Origin: Chrysochromulina tobinii
Lineage: Eukaryota
Assembly: GCA_001275005.1 (NCBI GenBank)
Contig: JWZX01003096.1
Location: 1 to 36,115, forward strand
DNA: 36,115 nt
Direction of reading: 5' to 3'
The position numbers and the translations under genes are program-made. Of the stretch, positions 1-11,659 are shown piece by piece; positions within the stretch are counted from its first letter, which is position 1, and each line of letters starts with the position of its first letter. Under the pieces are notes generated by a model. The model did no database searches, was not told the DNA's origin, and saw nothing but the letters and a program-made list of their open reading frames with translations.

Positions 1-28
1 CGTGAGCTTGCCCAAGAGCTCCCGAAAC

Positions 29-1633
29 TCAGACAGAGGGACCCCTGCCTGGCTGATCGACACCGCCCGGCACAGCGCCGCATAGCGCGGACGCGTGATC
101 GCTGACGATCTCACGCAGCGCCCGGAGCGCACTCGCACCCTGCACCGTCGTCTTACACGGCATCGGCGTGCCAGCCTGGATGACGGCCGCGTAGACCAGC
201 TCACCAGGCGACTGGCACACGTACCCGCTAAGTCGAACGATCAGCGTGCCCACGTACTGCACGCTCTTCTGCGGCGTGTCCCACGCCGCATAGGGACCCA
301 CCTGAGCACCTGTGCCCGAGATGGTGTCGCGCAGGTGCTCGATCACGAACTGAACCACCGCCTCGGTCGCCTTGCCGCTTAACTTGGGGACGAAGGCCTT
401 GATGAGCTCCTCAGCGTCATCGCTCAAAGCCGACATGGGCGTCGGCGCGACAACCTCGCCGGCCGCCTCCCGCATCTCCTTGAGTACCTTGGCGGTCACC
501 TCATCCTCGTACGACTCGGACTTCACGCTCACGTCCGAATCGTCGGCAGGTGCGCGCTCGTCCTCCTCGTCATCATACTCGCCCCCCAAGTTGTCCAGGT
601 CGACCACCGTCGGAGAGGCCACTTGTGAGCCACGCGAACCTCCACGCCCAGAAACGGCACGCGCCATGCACGAGGCCAACGTGCCGCGCGCTTGGGGCGG
701 GGCAGGTGGCGTAAGACGCGGAGCGGGCGCGGGACGAGCCAGTCCGCCCGCCTGCACGACCCTCGGCGCTGAGGCCACCGGCGCGCATGGAGGAACTATC
801 TCGACGCGTCGCACCTTGCCCGCGGCAAAACGAATGCGACTCAGAGTCGCCGCGCGCTGCATCGTGTTCGCCAGCAGCTGCCACTTCCGTAGAGACTCGT
901 CGAGCCTTGCTCGGAGCTCTGCCTCTTCGCGTAGCGCCCTTGCCGCCAACGAATACTCGTGTTGCATGCGAACATTGTGCGGAGGAACATAAGGAGGAGC
1001 AACTTCCTGGGCCGGCTCTTCCGCAGCAGCTGGCCGGTCACCACCTCGGTCGTCATCCTCGACCCGGCGCGCCTCAATCAGCGCGCCGCGCGACGCCGAC
1101 GGCGCTTCATGCTTCGTCGGCACCTTAACACTCGGGCTTGACCCGATACCTGCAGCAACAACATCAACCCGCGACTCGCTAGTCGCGGGCGTGCCCGAGC
1201 ACGGCGCGATAGACTGTGCCGATGCAGGCGACAACGAACTGGTGCTCACCCGAGCGACCGTATCATCAACTACGACGAAGGACCCACCCCCACTCGGAAG
1301 CGTTTGCTCCGTCAGGAACAGGTCCGCAAGCTTGCGTCGGTGCCTCAGAGACTCGCGACTAGCGGTTGCGGACGGAACATCGAGGCCCAGGCCGCTCTCG
1401 TCTTCGAGTACCACAGCCCTCCACAGCTCAGCCTTCTTGATCTCGAGGCTGAAGTGAGGCTCAGATTCACCCGTCTCGACAATCGCGATGACCGAGTGCC
1501 TCGTCGTCTCAATCATGGTAAGATTCGCGCCCAGATGGACCTGCGGGATGATGCCGAGGCCCAGCAGACTCTCTGTGACCGCGAAATGCATCGCCTCGGG
1601 CTCGCCCGGGTCGGTGCCCCTACCGCTTGACAT
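29..1633 (-). CDS. Hypothetical protein (~534 aa) with low-complexity acidic and Pro/Ala segments and a short coiled-coil
   Basis: Long stop-free ORF with protein-like composition. The track start at 1735 is GTG; in-frame ATGs are at 1717 and 1633. No family motif recognised. Confidence 0.6.
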   Translation of the reverse strand: MSSGRGTDPGEPEAMHFAVTESLLGLGIIPQVHLGANLTMIETTRHSVIAIVETGESEPHFSLEIKKAELWRAVVLEDESGLGLDVPSATASRESLRHRRKLADLFLTEQTLPSGGGSFVVVDDTVARVSTSSLSPASAQSIAPCSGTPATSESRVDVVAAGIGSSPSVKVPTKHEAPSASRGALIEARRVEDDDRGGDRPAAAEEPAQEVAPPYVPPHNVRMQHEYSLAARALREEAELRARLDESLRKWQLLANTMQRAATLSRIRFAAGKVRRVEIVPPCAPVASAPRVVQAGGLARPAPAPRLTPPAPPQARGTLASCMARAVSGRGGSRGSQVASPTVVDLDNLGGEYDDEEDERAPADDSDVSVKSESYEDEVTAKVLKEMREAAGEVVAPTPMSALSDDAEELIKAFVPKLSGKATEAVVQFVIEHLRDTISGTGAQVGPYAAWDTPQKSVQYVGTLIVRLSGYVCQSPGELVYAAVIQAGTPMPCKTTVQGASALRALREIVSDHASALCGAVPGGVDQPGRGPSV

Positions 1634-1847
1634 GGATCTGCGCGCTTGTCGTGCGCCAGACCACAAAAGCAAAGCCGAAGGCTGCTTTACAGTGGTGGCT
1701 AGACGCGGCGCGCGCATACCATTTTGTTTCCCCACAGCCCTCTAGCGCTGGACGAAGGTCGACCCCCTCGACTCCCACCGACCATGAGTCGGCGCGGAAT
1801 GCACGACGAGGGGTGGAACACGAGAGTGTACCCCTTTCGTTACCAAC

Positions 1848-3662
1848 ATGCCGAACCTCGGCTCGATCGCGTCCAAGCAGGGCTCATACAGCGATAGCGC
1901 CGTGCTGCGGCGCGCCTCGAGCCTCGACTACAAGGGCAGTACCACAGGATCCTTTGTGGGAGGCGGCAGCAGCAGCTACGTGGCGGCGGGGGCACGTGAC
2001 TCAGAGCTAGCCGCAGCAACGCGGGACATTGACACGAACCTGCTTGGCGACAACCAGGCTGGTGGGCTGCCCATGCATGGTCGCTACCGATTAGGCTTCT
2101 TTGCCCAGTACTTTACCGTGGGCGTCATCTATGGAGGCCTGCCGGCCACGACTTACGGGTTCTTGCTTGGCTACCTCAACACGCCATCCTACGTGTATTC
2201 GACGTGCACGACGTTGCTGGCACTCCCTTGGAGCTTCAAATTCATCTTAGGGGCAATCAACGACTGCGTGCCCATCATGGGCTATCGGCGCAAGCCCTAC
2301 ATGGTCATCGGGTGGACGATTTGCGCGGCGATGCTGGTTGTGCTCTACTTGTATCCGCTTCCCGAGCCATACTACTGCATCGACCCGACGACGCTAGAGT
2401 ACGACCTCGAGATAGCGCCGTGCAACAAGGGGGCTGCCCAGGCAGGCACTATCCCCACCATCCTCATGATCTTCGCCTCGTTTGGCTACGTGATCGCCGA
2501 CGTAGCCGCCGATGGCCTCACAGTGCAGTACGCGCGGGCGGAGCCCGAGAGCAGGCGAGGGTACACGCAGTCGACGGCGTACTTGACGCGCGCGCTCGGG
2601 CAGGTGTTCGCGAGCCTGATCGTCGGCTTCGGCATGAATGGGTACGAGTACCTGGGCAGTTTTGAGTACAGCCTCACCTTCAATGAGGTGTGCCTCATCT
2701 TCGCGGTGCTTGCCGCGGCAATGGTACCCATCTCGATCTTCTGCGTCGACGAGAAGCGCCTACTCGAGCGGCACACCTTCAGCGAGTACGCGGGCGCCAC
2801 ATGGCAGCTCATGCGCTCGAAGGCCTTCTTCTACGTAGTTCTCTTTCAATTCTTCAACCCGGCCATCCAGTACGTCAGTACCACCGCGGGCTCCCAAGTG
2901 CAGCGCTACTGGGCGGGCGTTGAGACGCTTCAAGCTCAGCTCGCGAGCGTCGTGGCGTACCTCTTCTTCTCGCTGGCGCTGTACATTGTGCGCGAGCGCT
3001 TTCTGCACATCTCGTGGCGCCTGATGCTCATCCTCACCACGGCCTCGCTCAACGTGATCGACGTGCCCTTCTCCATGCTCACCGTCTTCGACGTCGTGCG
3101 CAACCAGTATTTCTACCTCGGCGAGACGCTGCTCACCGAACTGCCCGCCGCCGCATTCTTCGTCGTCTCGTGCTTCGTGATCGTCGAGATGGCCACCGCC
3201 GACAATGAGGGCCTCATCTACGGCCTGCTGACCACCGTCTCCAACTGCGGCAAGTCCCTGCCCAACGCCTTCAGCAACCAGCTCTATGGTCTCTTCTATC
3301 CCGCCCTGAGCGATTCGTCCAATTACATTGCCGCGCGTGGCGGCGACCAGCAGTGCTTCCGGGTCGTCGTCGCATGCTCAATTGCCGTGGGCTACGCCTT
3401 TTCGTTCGCGTCCCTGATCACGATGCCGCTCCTGCCCGACCAGAAGGCCGACGCCCAGCATCGACTCGCTACGTGGCCCCATCACACGGGCTACGCGGTG
3501 GCCACGTGCACGCTCATCTTCCTCGGCTTAGGCTATTCGCTCACGGTCAACTTTCTGGCGCTCACGCCGCTCGCGTGCCTGGAGTTCGTTGGAGGCCAGG
3601 GCTGCGGTACCGACGAGAGCGGCTCCGGCTCCGGTGAGGTCGGCATGGCGCAGCCGTGCTGA
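1848..3662 (+). CDS. BT1 / folate-biopterin transporter (FBT) family MFS protein, 604 aa, intronless
   Basis: ATG in a CAACATGC context. Family motifs LPWSFKFILGAINDCVPIMGYRRKPY, ADVAADGLTV..AR.EPE..RG..QS and EG..YGLLTTVSN; about 12 hydrophobic segments. Confidence 0.92.
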   Translation: MPNLGSIASKQGSYSDSAVLRRASSLDYKGSTTGSFVGGGSSSYVAAGARDSELAAATRDIDTNLLGDNQAGGLPMHGRYRLGFFAQYFTVGVIYGGLPATTYGFLLGYLNTPSYVYSTCTTLLALPWSFKFILGAINDCVPIMGYRRKPYMVIGWTICAAMLVVLYLYPLPEPYYCIDPTTLEYDLEIAPCNKGAAQAGTIPTILMIFASFGYVIADVAADGLTVQYARAEPESRRGYTQSTAYLTRALGQVFASLIVGFGMNGYEYLGSFEYSLTFNEVCLIFAVLAAAMVPISIFCVDEKRLLERHTFSEYAGATWQLMRSKAFFYVVLFQFFNPAIQYVSTTAGSQVQRYWAGVETLQAQLASVVAYLFFSLALYIVRERFLHISWRLMLILTTASLNVIDVPFSMLTVFDVVRNQYFYLGETLLTELPAAAFFVVSCFVIVEMATADNEGLIYGLLTTVSNCGKSLPNAFSNQLYGLFYPALSDSSNYIAARGGDQQCFRVVVACSIAVGYAFSFASLITMPLLPDQKADAQHRLATWPHHTGYAVATCTLIFLGLGYSLTVNFLALTPLACLEFVGGQGCGTDESGSGSGEVGMAQPC

Positions 3663-3900
3663 ATCAACTCGTGCATCGGGAACGCTTGCTCTTCACTTGT
3701 TTTCCACTCTCCGCGGACCGAGGTCCGATAGAGGTCCGAGCAGCGAGCACGGACGCGAGCAGCCTCGAGCAAAGACGGAGACACTCTGAGAGGGCGGGCA
3801 GGACTCTTGAGCGACCGCCGAGCGCTATCACATGATAAGACGCGAACGTCAACACACCTCACACGCCCCGCCGTTCCCAGCGCGGTAATTTGTACGGTTC

Positions 3901-3933
3901 GTATTTACTCATGTATTTACTCATGTATTTACT
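3901..3933. repeat. Short tandem repeat (GTATTTACTCAT)x~2.7 between convergent genes
   Basis: gtatttactcat gtatttactcat gtatttact read directly. Confidence 0.85.
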
Positions 3934-4141
3934 ATAGGTAGTACAAAGTGGTCTACGGAGCCGTCTGTTCGACCGGTGCGTTGTGCTGGCGTACCGTTGT
4001 TGTTTGCCGATGTTGTGTTTGCTCACGTCGCCAACGCACCGCACGGCGCAACGTTGGGTACGTCTCTTCAGTCCCTTATTGGAAATTCTGCGACGCGCGG
4101 TACACCTGAGACTACACGCTGCACGTGCGTACAGCTTAGGT

Positions 4142-5242
4142 TCAGCATACATAGAGGCCGGTTTCCTTGCGCCCATGGTTGGCAGGCAGCCGACACGACT
4201 TGGGCGCTATGGCCTCCGAGAAGTTGATGGCGATGGAGATACGCGCATTCTCGGGCATCTCTCCCTTGGCGCAAGCTTCGGCGGCCGCCACACTATGGTC
4301 GCTTCGTCCCAGAGCGTCCCTCGGCGGCTCCGCGGAGACGATCTGGCCCAGCACAGCGTGAGGAATGCTTCCAGGAAAGAGCCAGAGCGTTCCCGGGGTC
4401 GGAGGAACAGCGAGATACGAATGGGACGCATTCGAGGAGGAATGCTTTCCTCCACGGAAAAGCAGCCGACCACCATTGCTCTCTTCCACGCTCGCGCCCT
4501 CATCCACAAAGTACACCGCGGACCAGCGGAGCGGGTCGTGTACATGCATGAAGTTCAGGTCTGATGAGCGGTTGACGTTGAGCCAAGCGTAGGCCGAGTG
4601 CAGCTCACCTGCGCGTGGTCGTCTCGACTCGTCCGGGTACTGATAGAGACTCTCTCTGCCTTCCGCTGCCTCACCCATAACTTCCATCGCCAAGCTCGCG
4701 ATTTCGTGCACCTGCCGGCATCCGCGTAGCCGCGCGTACTCGCTCTGGTCCTCACACCCCTCGAAAATCGTCGTTGAACTTTGGTAGCCGCCCCAATTGG
4801 TCTTCCGCTCTCCATTGTACCCCTCGCCGCCAGCACCATCGGCCGCCGCCTCCATCTCGAGGGAGGCCTGTCGAATCTGGTCGTTGAGAGGAGCCGAAAG
4901 AGCTTGTGTGAGCTCAAATCTGTGGATGACGTCGGAGAGTCCTTGCTTACTTTTGCCAGATCCGCGGGCACCTGCGCACCCGTAGTCGCACGGCAGCACG
5001 AACGTCTCGTGTCTTGCGAAAACGCCGCCCTTTCCGGCGGCGGCGCGGCCAGCATCAACGAGTGGGGCAAAGGTGGACCAATGAGGAAGGCTCAATAATC
5101 TGGAACCAGGTGCGAGCAACGTGGTTCGCAGGTCGTTGTCGTCTGGGTCCTCCCCATCGTGGTCCGCCAGAGGACTCTCGCCCTCTGCACCCGCGGCGGG
5201 CGGGTCCGCCACGGTGCTCGTAAACGAGAGCGTGAGAGACAC
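4142..5242 (-). CDS. Putative 2OG-Fe(II) oxygenase, TIGR02466 / 2OG-FeII_Oxy_5-like; 5' end unresolved (probably a 3' exon)
   Basis: Motifs TNWGGYQS, AWLNVN..DLNFMHVH..WSAVYFV, GGRLLF, PTPGTLWLFPGSIPHAV and RISIAINF (HxH...H...R-x-S pattern). The ORF begins at GTG directly after a TTTCAG acceptor-like sequence. Confidence 0.85.
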   Translation of the reverse strand: MSLTLSFTSTVADPPAAGAEGESPLADHDGEDPDDNDLRTTLLAPGSRLLSLPHWSTFAPLVDAGRAAAGKGGVFARHETFVLPCDYGCAGARGSGKSKQGLSDVIHRFELTQALSAPLNDQIRQASLEMEAAADGAGGEGYNGERKTNWGGYQSSTTIFEGCEDQSEYARLRGCRQVHEIASLAMEVMGEAAEGRESLYQYPDESRRPRAGELHSAYAWLNVNRSSDLNFMHVHDPLRWSAVYFVDEGASVEESNGGRLLFRGGKHSSSNASHSYLAVPPTPGTLWLFPGSIPHAVLGQIVSAEPPRDALGRSDHSVAAAEACAKGEMPENARISIAINFSEAIAPKSCRLPANHGRKETGLYVC

Positions 5243-5651
5243 CTGAAAGTGCGATCAATGCGACTGTGAATGAAAGACGAACCCTGTGATCTTAACACTT
5301 ATAAGGAATGGTCAGGCCATGAAACCAGCAGCAGCACGCTCGCCGGTGTCGCCGTGTGGCCCCTGCAGCCTGCTGTGGCCCATGCCCCATGCACGCGACA
5401 CTCCCGGCAGCACGACCAGCTGACTGCACTGACTGGCACACGATTATCTCTTGGCACCACAGCACACACCAGCACACGAAACAGCCACACACGATGCCAA
5501 AGCCCGAGCATCAGCATTGCCCTCAGAAGGGCGGACCGACCGGCCTCACTCGCCCACCTCGTCTATGCGCGCGCCGTTGTGGCGGCAGTTGGATATCTGT
5601 TGCCCATCACGACGCCCATCTCGCCCACCTCATCTATGCGCGCGCCGCACG

Positions 5652-8600
5652 TCAGTGTCCCGGTCGGATCATGCCACCACCCCTCGTGAGGCTGCTCCGC
5701 GACACCGAGGCCGCCCCTCTCGACGCCGTGGCCGGCGTCGCGAAGACCGCCTCGTTGAGCGCCGCGAGTGTGCCCGAGGCCGAGGCAAGACCAGCCACAT
5801 TGAACCCAATCCTCGCGGCCATGGCGAGGCCGGCTTCATCGAGGCCGGCCGGCGGCGCTTGGGCCGGTGCGCCCGACGAGACGCGCGGCGACGGCCGCGG
5901 CAGTGGCGGCGGTATGGGCGGCGCATCCGTCGCTTCGCTCGCGTCGCCCCGGGAGCCGTAACCACCTTGCGAGTCGGTCTCGTCGTGCGCAAACGCGCCC
6001 GTGTACGGCGCGCCGCTGCCTAGCAGCGACGCCCAGAGCTCACCGTCCTCATGGGCCGCGTGCTCGGTCGTAGGCGCCGTGTCAAGCGCCGCGTCGTAAT
6101 AGGGCGTCCCATAGCCAGCAGGCCTTTGGAGGTTCGTCAATTGGTGGAGATTCGTCAATTGGGGAGGCGGCGGGCCGCCGAGCAGGTGGCGCTGGAGCGA
6201 ACGAAGTTCCTTGGCGAGGGCCGCCTGCTGCGCCGCCTGCTGTGAGGCACGCGCATTGGCGCGCGCGAGCCGGTCGCGATCCTCCTCGAGTCGTTCCTTG
6301 TCGAGCCGCAGCTGAAGAGCGAGCACGTTGGCCTTGAGGACCGTGCGTGCCTCCTCGTCCTCGAGCAGCGCGCGCACGAGCAGCCCATTTTCGACGACGG
6401 CGCGAGATTTCGCGTCCGAGGCGCGGCGCACCGCATCGTCGAGTTCGGCGAGACCGTCGATGAGAGCGGCATTCTCGCTCGCGGCCGCACGCGCGTTCGC
6501 GTCGCCGAGGGCCTGGACGGCCTGCGCGCGCGCTGCCCAGCTCACCGTCTCGCCCGCCTGTCGCTCTGCACTCTCCCTAGCGTGCTGCGCGTCCTCGCGC
6601 GCCTCGTCGAGCGCGGCGCGCAAGCTCTCGAGGGCGTGCTCCAGCTGCGCCGTCTCGGCCGCGGCGGCCGCGGCGGCGCCACGCGCCTCGTCGCGCTGGC
6701 TCTCCCGCGCGCCGCACAAGGCGTGTGCCGCAGCGAGCTCGGCGGCCGCGCCCGCGAGCTCGGCTTCGAGGTGCACAATCTCGTTTCGGAGAAGCGAGCT
6801 CTCTGACCTGCGCTCTAGGACGGTCGCAAGGATCGTGGCGTGCGCGGCCGCGGCGGTGTCAGCGCGCTCGCGCTGTGCTTCCTCGGCCTGGCGCACCGCC
6901 TTTTGCATCTCGCTCACGCTCGTCTCCCCTTCGAGCCCTTTCTGCTGCATTGACCTCTCGAGGCGTGTCGCGTGCTCCTCGGCCGAGGCGAGTGCGCTGC
7001 TCGCCTCGAGAAGCTGGGCTCGCGAAGCTTGGGACTCGTCAAGAGCGGCGGCGCACGCCGCTTGCAGCCGCTCGCCCTCGCCCACCGCCGCCGTGTGCAG
7101 CGCCGCCTCGCTCACGAGGGCGGCCTCGGTCTCAGAGAGCTCCCGATTCATCGTCTTCAGCCCCGTCTTGTGGGATGTGGAGGCCTCGGCACGCTCGGCC
7201 AATGAGCGCTCGACGCCGGCGAGATCACGCGCGAGGGCGTCACAGTTCGTCACTTCGCTCGAGATGAGCATAGCGATCTGGCTCGCGTGCTGCGCGCGCT
7301 GCTGACGCGCCTGCAGGTTCGCCATGGCCTCCGCGTCCGCCGCACACGAGATCAGGTGCGCGACCGTTTGGCTCGCGAGCTGACCCTGGGCATGGACGGC
7401 ATCAAGAAGGGCGCCACGGCAGCGCTCGAAGGCAGCAGAGGGCGCAAAGGCGATCGGGAGCGCCTTCTGGGCCGCCTCGATCTGCGCCACGAGATCCGCT
7501 TGCAGCTCCGCCGCGGGCGCCGCCGCCTCCCCCGCGAGAGAAGAGGCGCTCAGCTGCTGCTGCAGATCCCCCGACAGCCAGCAGTATGCATCGACGAGCT
7601 CATGGACTGTGCGATGCAGCTCCGCGAGGGCGGCCTGCCAACGCAGACGCTCGTCCGCGTACGCCGCGTCCGCATCGAGCAGCGACAGCACCTCCCCCGC
7701 ATCCCGATGCGCAAGGAGCGGTCGGCATGCGCCGGCCGCGTCGCGTGCGCATGCATCGAGCCATCCGAGCTGAGATTGCATCTCGCGGTACTCGAGCCTC
7801 ACCTCATCGAGAGCAGCGGCGTACTCGAGCTCCTTGGCGACGGCGGCGGCGGCGGCGGCCCCCGCCTCGTCCAGCGCCCCTTCAGTGTCGCGCAGCTCCG
7901 CCTCCACAACTGCGAAGGAGCTCAGCGTCGTCGCCACCTCGACCTGCAGGTGCTGAGCGACCTCTGACAGCGCCTGCGTCTGTTGGCGAAGCAACCCGTT
8001 CTGTGCCTCGGCGAGCGCGAGCTGCTCGCGCACCTCGTCGAGCGCGGCCTGGTGCGCCAGGTGCAGCTGCTCGCGCTCGCGCTCATGCGCCACCTGCTGC
8101 TCAAGGATCGCGCCTTCGAGCTCTGCCACGTGGCCGCGAAGCTGCCCGACAGTACGCTCGCTCTGCAACTTCTGTCGCTCGGCGGCGGTCTCGATGCGCA
8201 AGATCTGGGCGGTCACGGCACTCTCGACACGCTCGCACTCGCGCTCCTTGGCCTCGCAGATCCCGATCAGCTCAGGGATCCGCGACTCGATCTCGTGCAC
8301 GTACTTGCGCAACACGGCACGCTCGACGGATCCGCGGTTACGCTCGTTCGCCGCGTTCTGCAGCGCCGCATCGCGTTCGAGTTGCAGGTTGTCCTTGGCG
8401 CGCTGGAGGGAGTCGACGGCGAGCCGGAGCGTCGCGCACGTGCGCTCCGCCGCCGCCGCGTGGATCTCCGCACGCTCCGCACGCTCCGCCTGCGCACGGG
8501 CCTGCTCAATGGCGGCGTGGGCCGTCGCCTGCGCCTCAGCCGCTATGGAGCGCTGACGGTGGGTCTCGGCCTCGGCGGCGCTCATCTGTTCGGCGTGGCG

Positions 8601-9357
8601 CGCGGTCGCCGCGGCGAGCTCGGCTTCGGCGCGCTCGGCGCGCAGCTGCGCCGCGTCGCGCGCCTCGGTCATGTGGTGCAGCGCAAACTGGCGCAGCTCC
8701 AGCTGACCACGCAACTCTTCGCGCGCACGTGTCGCCGCCGCAAACTCCTCGGCGTGGCGCGCGGCGGCGCGCTCGAGCTGCGCCGATAGGCGGCGCGACT
8801 CCTCGCGCGCGGCCGCCTCCGCCTGCTGCGCCTTGAGCACCCACTGCTGCCACTGCGCCGTCGAGCGCTGGCTCTCGACGATGCGTTGCGTCGCCAGCAC
8901 CTGTGCGGCCTCGGCGGCCGCGGCCGCGTCCGCCGCCACCGCGAGGCGCGTCTCGGCGTAGTGCTGATGAGCACGGGCCACGCTCGGCGATGTCGCGTGG
9001 CGGCGATCGTCGTAGGTCGGCGAACCAGGCCGCGACGACTCGCGCGAGTCGGGCCGCTCGTAAATCACGTGATGATCGTGCCGCATGTTCCTCTCACGCG
9101 GCTGGTGCGACGGCCGGCTGGTGGGTGTTGGCCGCGCTGAGGCGCGGCCGCCTGCTGTGCGCATCGGGCTGCCCCCCCGCGAGGTGACCCACGTTGTCAT
9201 GTGAGCGCAGCAGCGCCGCCTCCTTGCGCGCAATCGCCGAGTTCAGGAAGGAGCTCACGTCGTCCGCGTTCAGGTTCTCCTGGAGTAGCGCCGACCAGGG
9301 TGAGGAAGACGGTGTGGCCTCGCCGCGGCTCGCGCGGCGTGGCGAATGGTGCGCCAT
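5652..9357 (-). CDS. Long Ala/Glu/Gln/Arg-rich coiled-coil protein (~1230 aa) with one frame break near the 5' end
   Basis: The 1193-aa ORF 5652..9233 has heptad-like composition. The upstream ORF from ATG 9357 (ACAATGG context) joins it if one base of the G7 run at 9172-9178 is removed. Confidence 0.75.
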
Positions 9358-9919
9358 TGTCTGCTTTGAGAGCTCTCCGGCGATGTCCCGGGTGTGCAGG
9401 AGTAGCAGTCGTTTCCGATTAAACGTTTCACTTTAAGTTTCAGTTTCGTCGAGCCACGACGCCGGTCGGCCGTAGTTTGAAAATCTCTGAGCTTTCAGCT
9501 GACCTTTTCGCAATTAATAAGCACACTTCTCTGGTGCACACCAGTGTACTCCGTCACACAGTACTAGCCCCGCCACCAGACACTGACAGTTGTACTCGTC
9601 GTGTACTCACTACTCTCCCACCCGCCCCGCACGGATGGCGACGGATTGCAGCCACACAACTATACTGGCAAGAGGCGAAGAGGCGCGAGAGATGCGTGTG
9701 CGTGCGGCGTAGCCTCGCTAACCTGCACCGTGCTGGGTCGCCATTGCCTGGCCACTCAGAATCTACCTTGAGCCCTACAATATCATGAGTGTCGTATGTT
9801 CGAGAATCAGATTGGGGCCCAATCATGGCGACTCTCTTCGCATGGTTCCAACATGGGGCTTGGTCTGTGGCTCTGGGTGATGAGCAGTGCGGCAAGCAGG
9901 TCAGTCGCGCTCCTCCAGC

Positions 9920-11619
9920 TCAGAGCAGCTCCTGCGCACTCTGCCGCTGAGCGGCACTGATTTGGCGGTACAGCGCGACCGAGCGCACCGCCATCGCGCC
10001 AGCCGCACCAGCGGCGGCGGTGCAAAGGCCCGCGATGATCGCGTGCGTCGGGCCGAAGCACATTGGCCCGTCGCAGTCGAGAGAGCCCTTGGAGGCTGCT
10101 TGGTAGATGAGAGACGGCAGCGCATTGGCGAGGAGGAGCGTCCCGATCGCCCCCGCTGTCCCGTCGAAGAACATGTAGTTACTCGACAGGTGGGTCGATC
10201 CAAAGAGCTCAGAGGAAAGCACGACGAAGTGCGGCCAGATCGCGCCAAACGCCAGCCCGCATAACCCGGCGCCGAACTGGAGCAGCATGGACTGCTCCTC
10301 GCTCTCAGCGGGCAGCCGTGCCGCAAAGAGCAAGGCGACCTGCGCGACCGCCGCCCCTGCCGCCAGTGCCACTAGGAATAATGGCCGAGGCCATCCGTGG
10401 CGAACCATCGTGTCCGAGGGGATGTTGCACAGGAGCCGGCCGAGCAAGTTGCCCGACGAGAAGAGTGTGATCGTCGTCGGCACGAGCTCGGTCGAGGCGC
10501 CGCTGGAGCTGATGATCTGCGCACAGTTGGTGGCGAAAAAGGTGCCGGAACCCACCACGACGACGCCCACGAACACGAAGAGCCATGCATCCAAGGTTCC
10601 GAGCACCTCCGTGCAACTGTACTGCGTGGGGCGACTACAAACATCGCGGCGGGCTTCTTTGGGGCGGCGGTTGCGGGGGACATGGTGGCCGGACACGTAT
10701 GAGGGTCATGATCGACGGTGGCATAGACATCACTGTCGCCCGTCAAGCCACTGAAAATGACCAGCACGGGGGCGATCGAAAGGATTATCAGCAGCGAGAT
10801 CACCACGTTATGTACAAGGGAGCCAGCATGCCCATGCGAGAAGAGGCCGAGCACGCCGAGCATGGCAAGAGTCCAGAACAGGGCGGTGAGCATTCGTCGG
10901 GGCTCCGACCGCGCGGAAGCAGCATCGTAGCTGCGCGGCACACACGCCCCCGCGGCGAAGTTCATCACCGCAGAGATCGACGCCCACAGCAGCAACGCAT
11001 TCAGCGCCGTCTGGTCGCCCTTGGGCGTGCCCCAGATGAGCACAAACAGCGTCGTGGTTACGCTCCCGCTGACGCCGACGAACGACTTCACGATGCTCGC
11101 CACGTCTCCTCTGTACTGTGGAAAGTGAAGGATCGGGGCCGTGAAAGCAGCCGACGAGACGAGCTGCATCCCCCAGTACGTGACGCAGTTAGTCGCCACG
11201 AGCGTGATCGGCGGCGGCAGATAGGCGGGAAGCTCAACCCACGAGGTTCCGAGCGAGTACATGAAGACTTGCGAAGTGGTGAGCAAGGTGCCACCAACCC
11301 ACATGGAGAAGGTCGGCCCCATTTTCTTGGTCACCATGCCCCAGAAAAAGCTGAACACTCCGAATGCATATGGAATGGTGTTGATGTTCATCAGCTGCTG
11401 CTGCGAGAGCGCAAAGTGCTTCTTGAGGGCAGGCGAATAGATGCCGAAGCCATAGAAGCAGCCCGCCGTCATGCCCGAGTACAGACCGGCGAACAGCACT
11501 CGGCGTGCAGGCGTAGCGACGACGGCGCGGGACATGCTGGACGGCAGCTTGGGCTGGCTACCTGGGCCGTAGCGCTGCCGCAGTGCTGGAATCACCGTCG
11601 TTCCGTCGCGCCTCTGCAT
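9920..11619 (-). CDS. Nodulin-like / NFD4 (Mch1/OxlT-related) MFS transporter split across two overlapping frames
   Basis: N-half: AGCFYGFGIYSPALKKHFALSQQQL and FPQYRGDVASIVKSFVGVSG. C-half (9920..10696 frame): GSGTFFATNCAQII, GNLLGRL and SELFGSTHLSSNY. The frame switches near 10620-10690. An alternative ATG is at 11535. Confidence 0.85.
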
Positions 11620-11659
11620 TGATCCACTTCGAGGCGATTCACGCGTTGATACGCGCGAC

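Noticed and set aside
6328..8836. Several long + strand ORFs (325, 416, 268 and 226 aa)
   Set aside because: They are antisense shadows of the GC-rich coiled-coil gene, with low-complexity Ser/Ala/Arg translations.
10585..11622. 345-aa + strand ORF
   Set aside because: It is the antisense shadow of the MFS transporter.
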